Shown piece by piece: positions 31,285 through 32,000 of a DNA stretch of 32,000 nucleotides (its first letter is position 1; each line of letters begins with the position of its first letter). The notes below the pieces were generated by a model, which worked only from the letters and a program-made list of their open reading frames with translations, did not search any database and was not told where the DNA came from. The stretch is from Pyrodictium abyssi (GTDB lineage: Archaea > Thermoproteota > Thermoprotei_A > Sulfolobales > Pyrodictiaceae): contig NZ_AP028907.1 of the NCBI RefSeq assembly GCF_036323395.1, forward strand, positions 750,001 to 782,000, read 5' to 3'. The translations under genes and the position numbers were made by a program.

Positions 31285-31869
31285 TTAGAGCATTCTCTTT
31301 ATAAGCTCGTTTATGCCAGCACCCCGGTAGCCTAGCTCGCCGCCAGCACCGTATGGCTTCTTTATGCTGCCCTTGAAGCCCCCGCGCGGCGGGTGTAGCC
31401 TAAACACCGGCTTTATTATCCATATCTTGTTCTTCTTGTCGTAGAGCTTGTGCAGCATTATCTCTCCCTTTAGCAGCTTGTCGGCCAGCTCCTCTATGCC
31501 GCCCTGCAGTCCTAGCTTCTCGCGGACATACTCGTCTGTCAGTGGCTTGTTGCCGGCGACACGGCCACGGCGGCGTAGGAGCTCTATCAGTGTCCCGCGG
31601 TCTATCTCGCCCCAGGTTACCCAGTCCTTGACCTTGTGTATCATCCTGTCTATGCCGGGGAGCGTTGAGGGGTACAGTACTAGGTGGAATTTGCGGTGCA
31701 GCCTTAGCAGCGACAGTGTGTACTCTACGTCGGGGTGTACATCTACCCTGCCACGTATCCTGATGATCGCGTAGAGCTTTACCTGGCCCACCGGAGCTGC
31801 CTTCTGCTCCGCCGTCGCGACTGCCATTTCTTCATCCACCTCTACGCGTGAAGATAACTGAGGGATCAC
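31285..31869 (-). CDS. rpl30: 50S ribosomal protein L30 (uL30) (alternative ATG start at 31827)
   Basis: [36 protein letters not shown], located upstream of L15. Confidence 0.9.
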   Translation of the reverse strand: MIPQLSSRVEVDEEMAVATAEQKAAPVGQVKLYAIIRIRGRVDVHPDVEYTLSLLRLHRKFHLVLYPSTLPGIDRMIHKVKDWVTWGEIDRGTLIELLRRRGRVAGNKPLTDEYVREKLGLQGGIEELADKLLKGEIMLHKLYDKKNKIWIIKPVFRLHPPRGGFKGSIKKPYGAGGELGYRGAGINELIKRML

Positions 31870-31943
31870 CGCCTACCAGGCTTATCCGGGGAGGGGTCGC
31901 CGGGATGGATGCATAGATGGGGTTAAACACAAGTGTACGTAGG

Positions 31944-32000
31944 TTAGCCCTGGGCGGCCTGCACCCAGTCGATGGGTGTCACGAACTTGTAGGTCTGCTT
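31944..32000 (-). CDS. rps5: 30S ribosomal protein S5 (uS5), C-terminal end only
   Basis: Own translation of the minus strand gives ...KQTYKFVTPIDWVQAAQG-stop (TAA at 31946-31944). This is the expected gene upstream of L30. Confidence 0.55.
   Translation of the reverse strand, partial: KQTYKFVTPIDWVQAAQG

Overview
GC-rich archaeal chromosome segment; gene content and order look crenarchaeal (inference). Host DNA lies at both ends. On the left is a partial Amt ammonium transporter (1-1098, minus). On the right, all on the minus strand, are tRNA-Ser(GGA), a SAM methyltransferase, Cbf5, L14e, Cmk, L34e, a DUF106-like membrane protein, Adk, SecY, L15, L30 and the end of S5, which is the conserved archaeal spc-operon tail. 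Between them, at about 1400-24077, sits a ~22.6 kb integrated element. It is bounded by a 34-bp direct repeat identical to the 3' end of the tRNA-Ser gene. The element encodes a tyrosine-recombinase-like integrase, a P-loop ATPase and a rightward block of secreted or membrane-anchored proteins, one with a trypsin-like protease domain. It also has a PIN-domain protein and a long leftward operon of small proteins (RHH, wHTH, zinc-ribbon, AbrB-like) that includes an ESCRT-III (CdvB/Snf7)-like protein. No recognisable capsid gene was seen, so provirus versus integrative plasmid stays open. Main hunt results follow. (1) The 10-bp palindrome GGCCGCGGCC occurs at least 33 times inside the element, in all three reading frames and in intergenic DNA, against one copy in ~9.5 kb of host flank. 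It is often extended to 14-20 bp perfect palindromes. (2) The surface-protein genes are built from paralogous cassettes: signal peptide, variable ectodomain, KYALAG-type transmembrane anchor, GRGRR. Two long ORFs contain internal anchor-to-signal-peptide junctions, which suggests polyprotein-like processing or cassette shuffling. (3) The element carries its own ESCRT-III-like gene. (4) Two inverted arrays of 11-bp-phased GCGAC(C/T) iterons flank a ~190-bp core and are a candidate origin or protein-loading site. (5) A twin 14-bp palindrome operator sits in a bidirectional promoter. All coordinates and counts come from manual reading of the sequence. Family assignments rest on motif recognition, not database searches.
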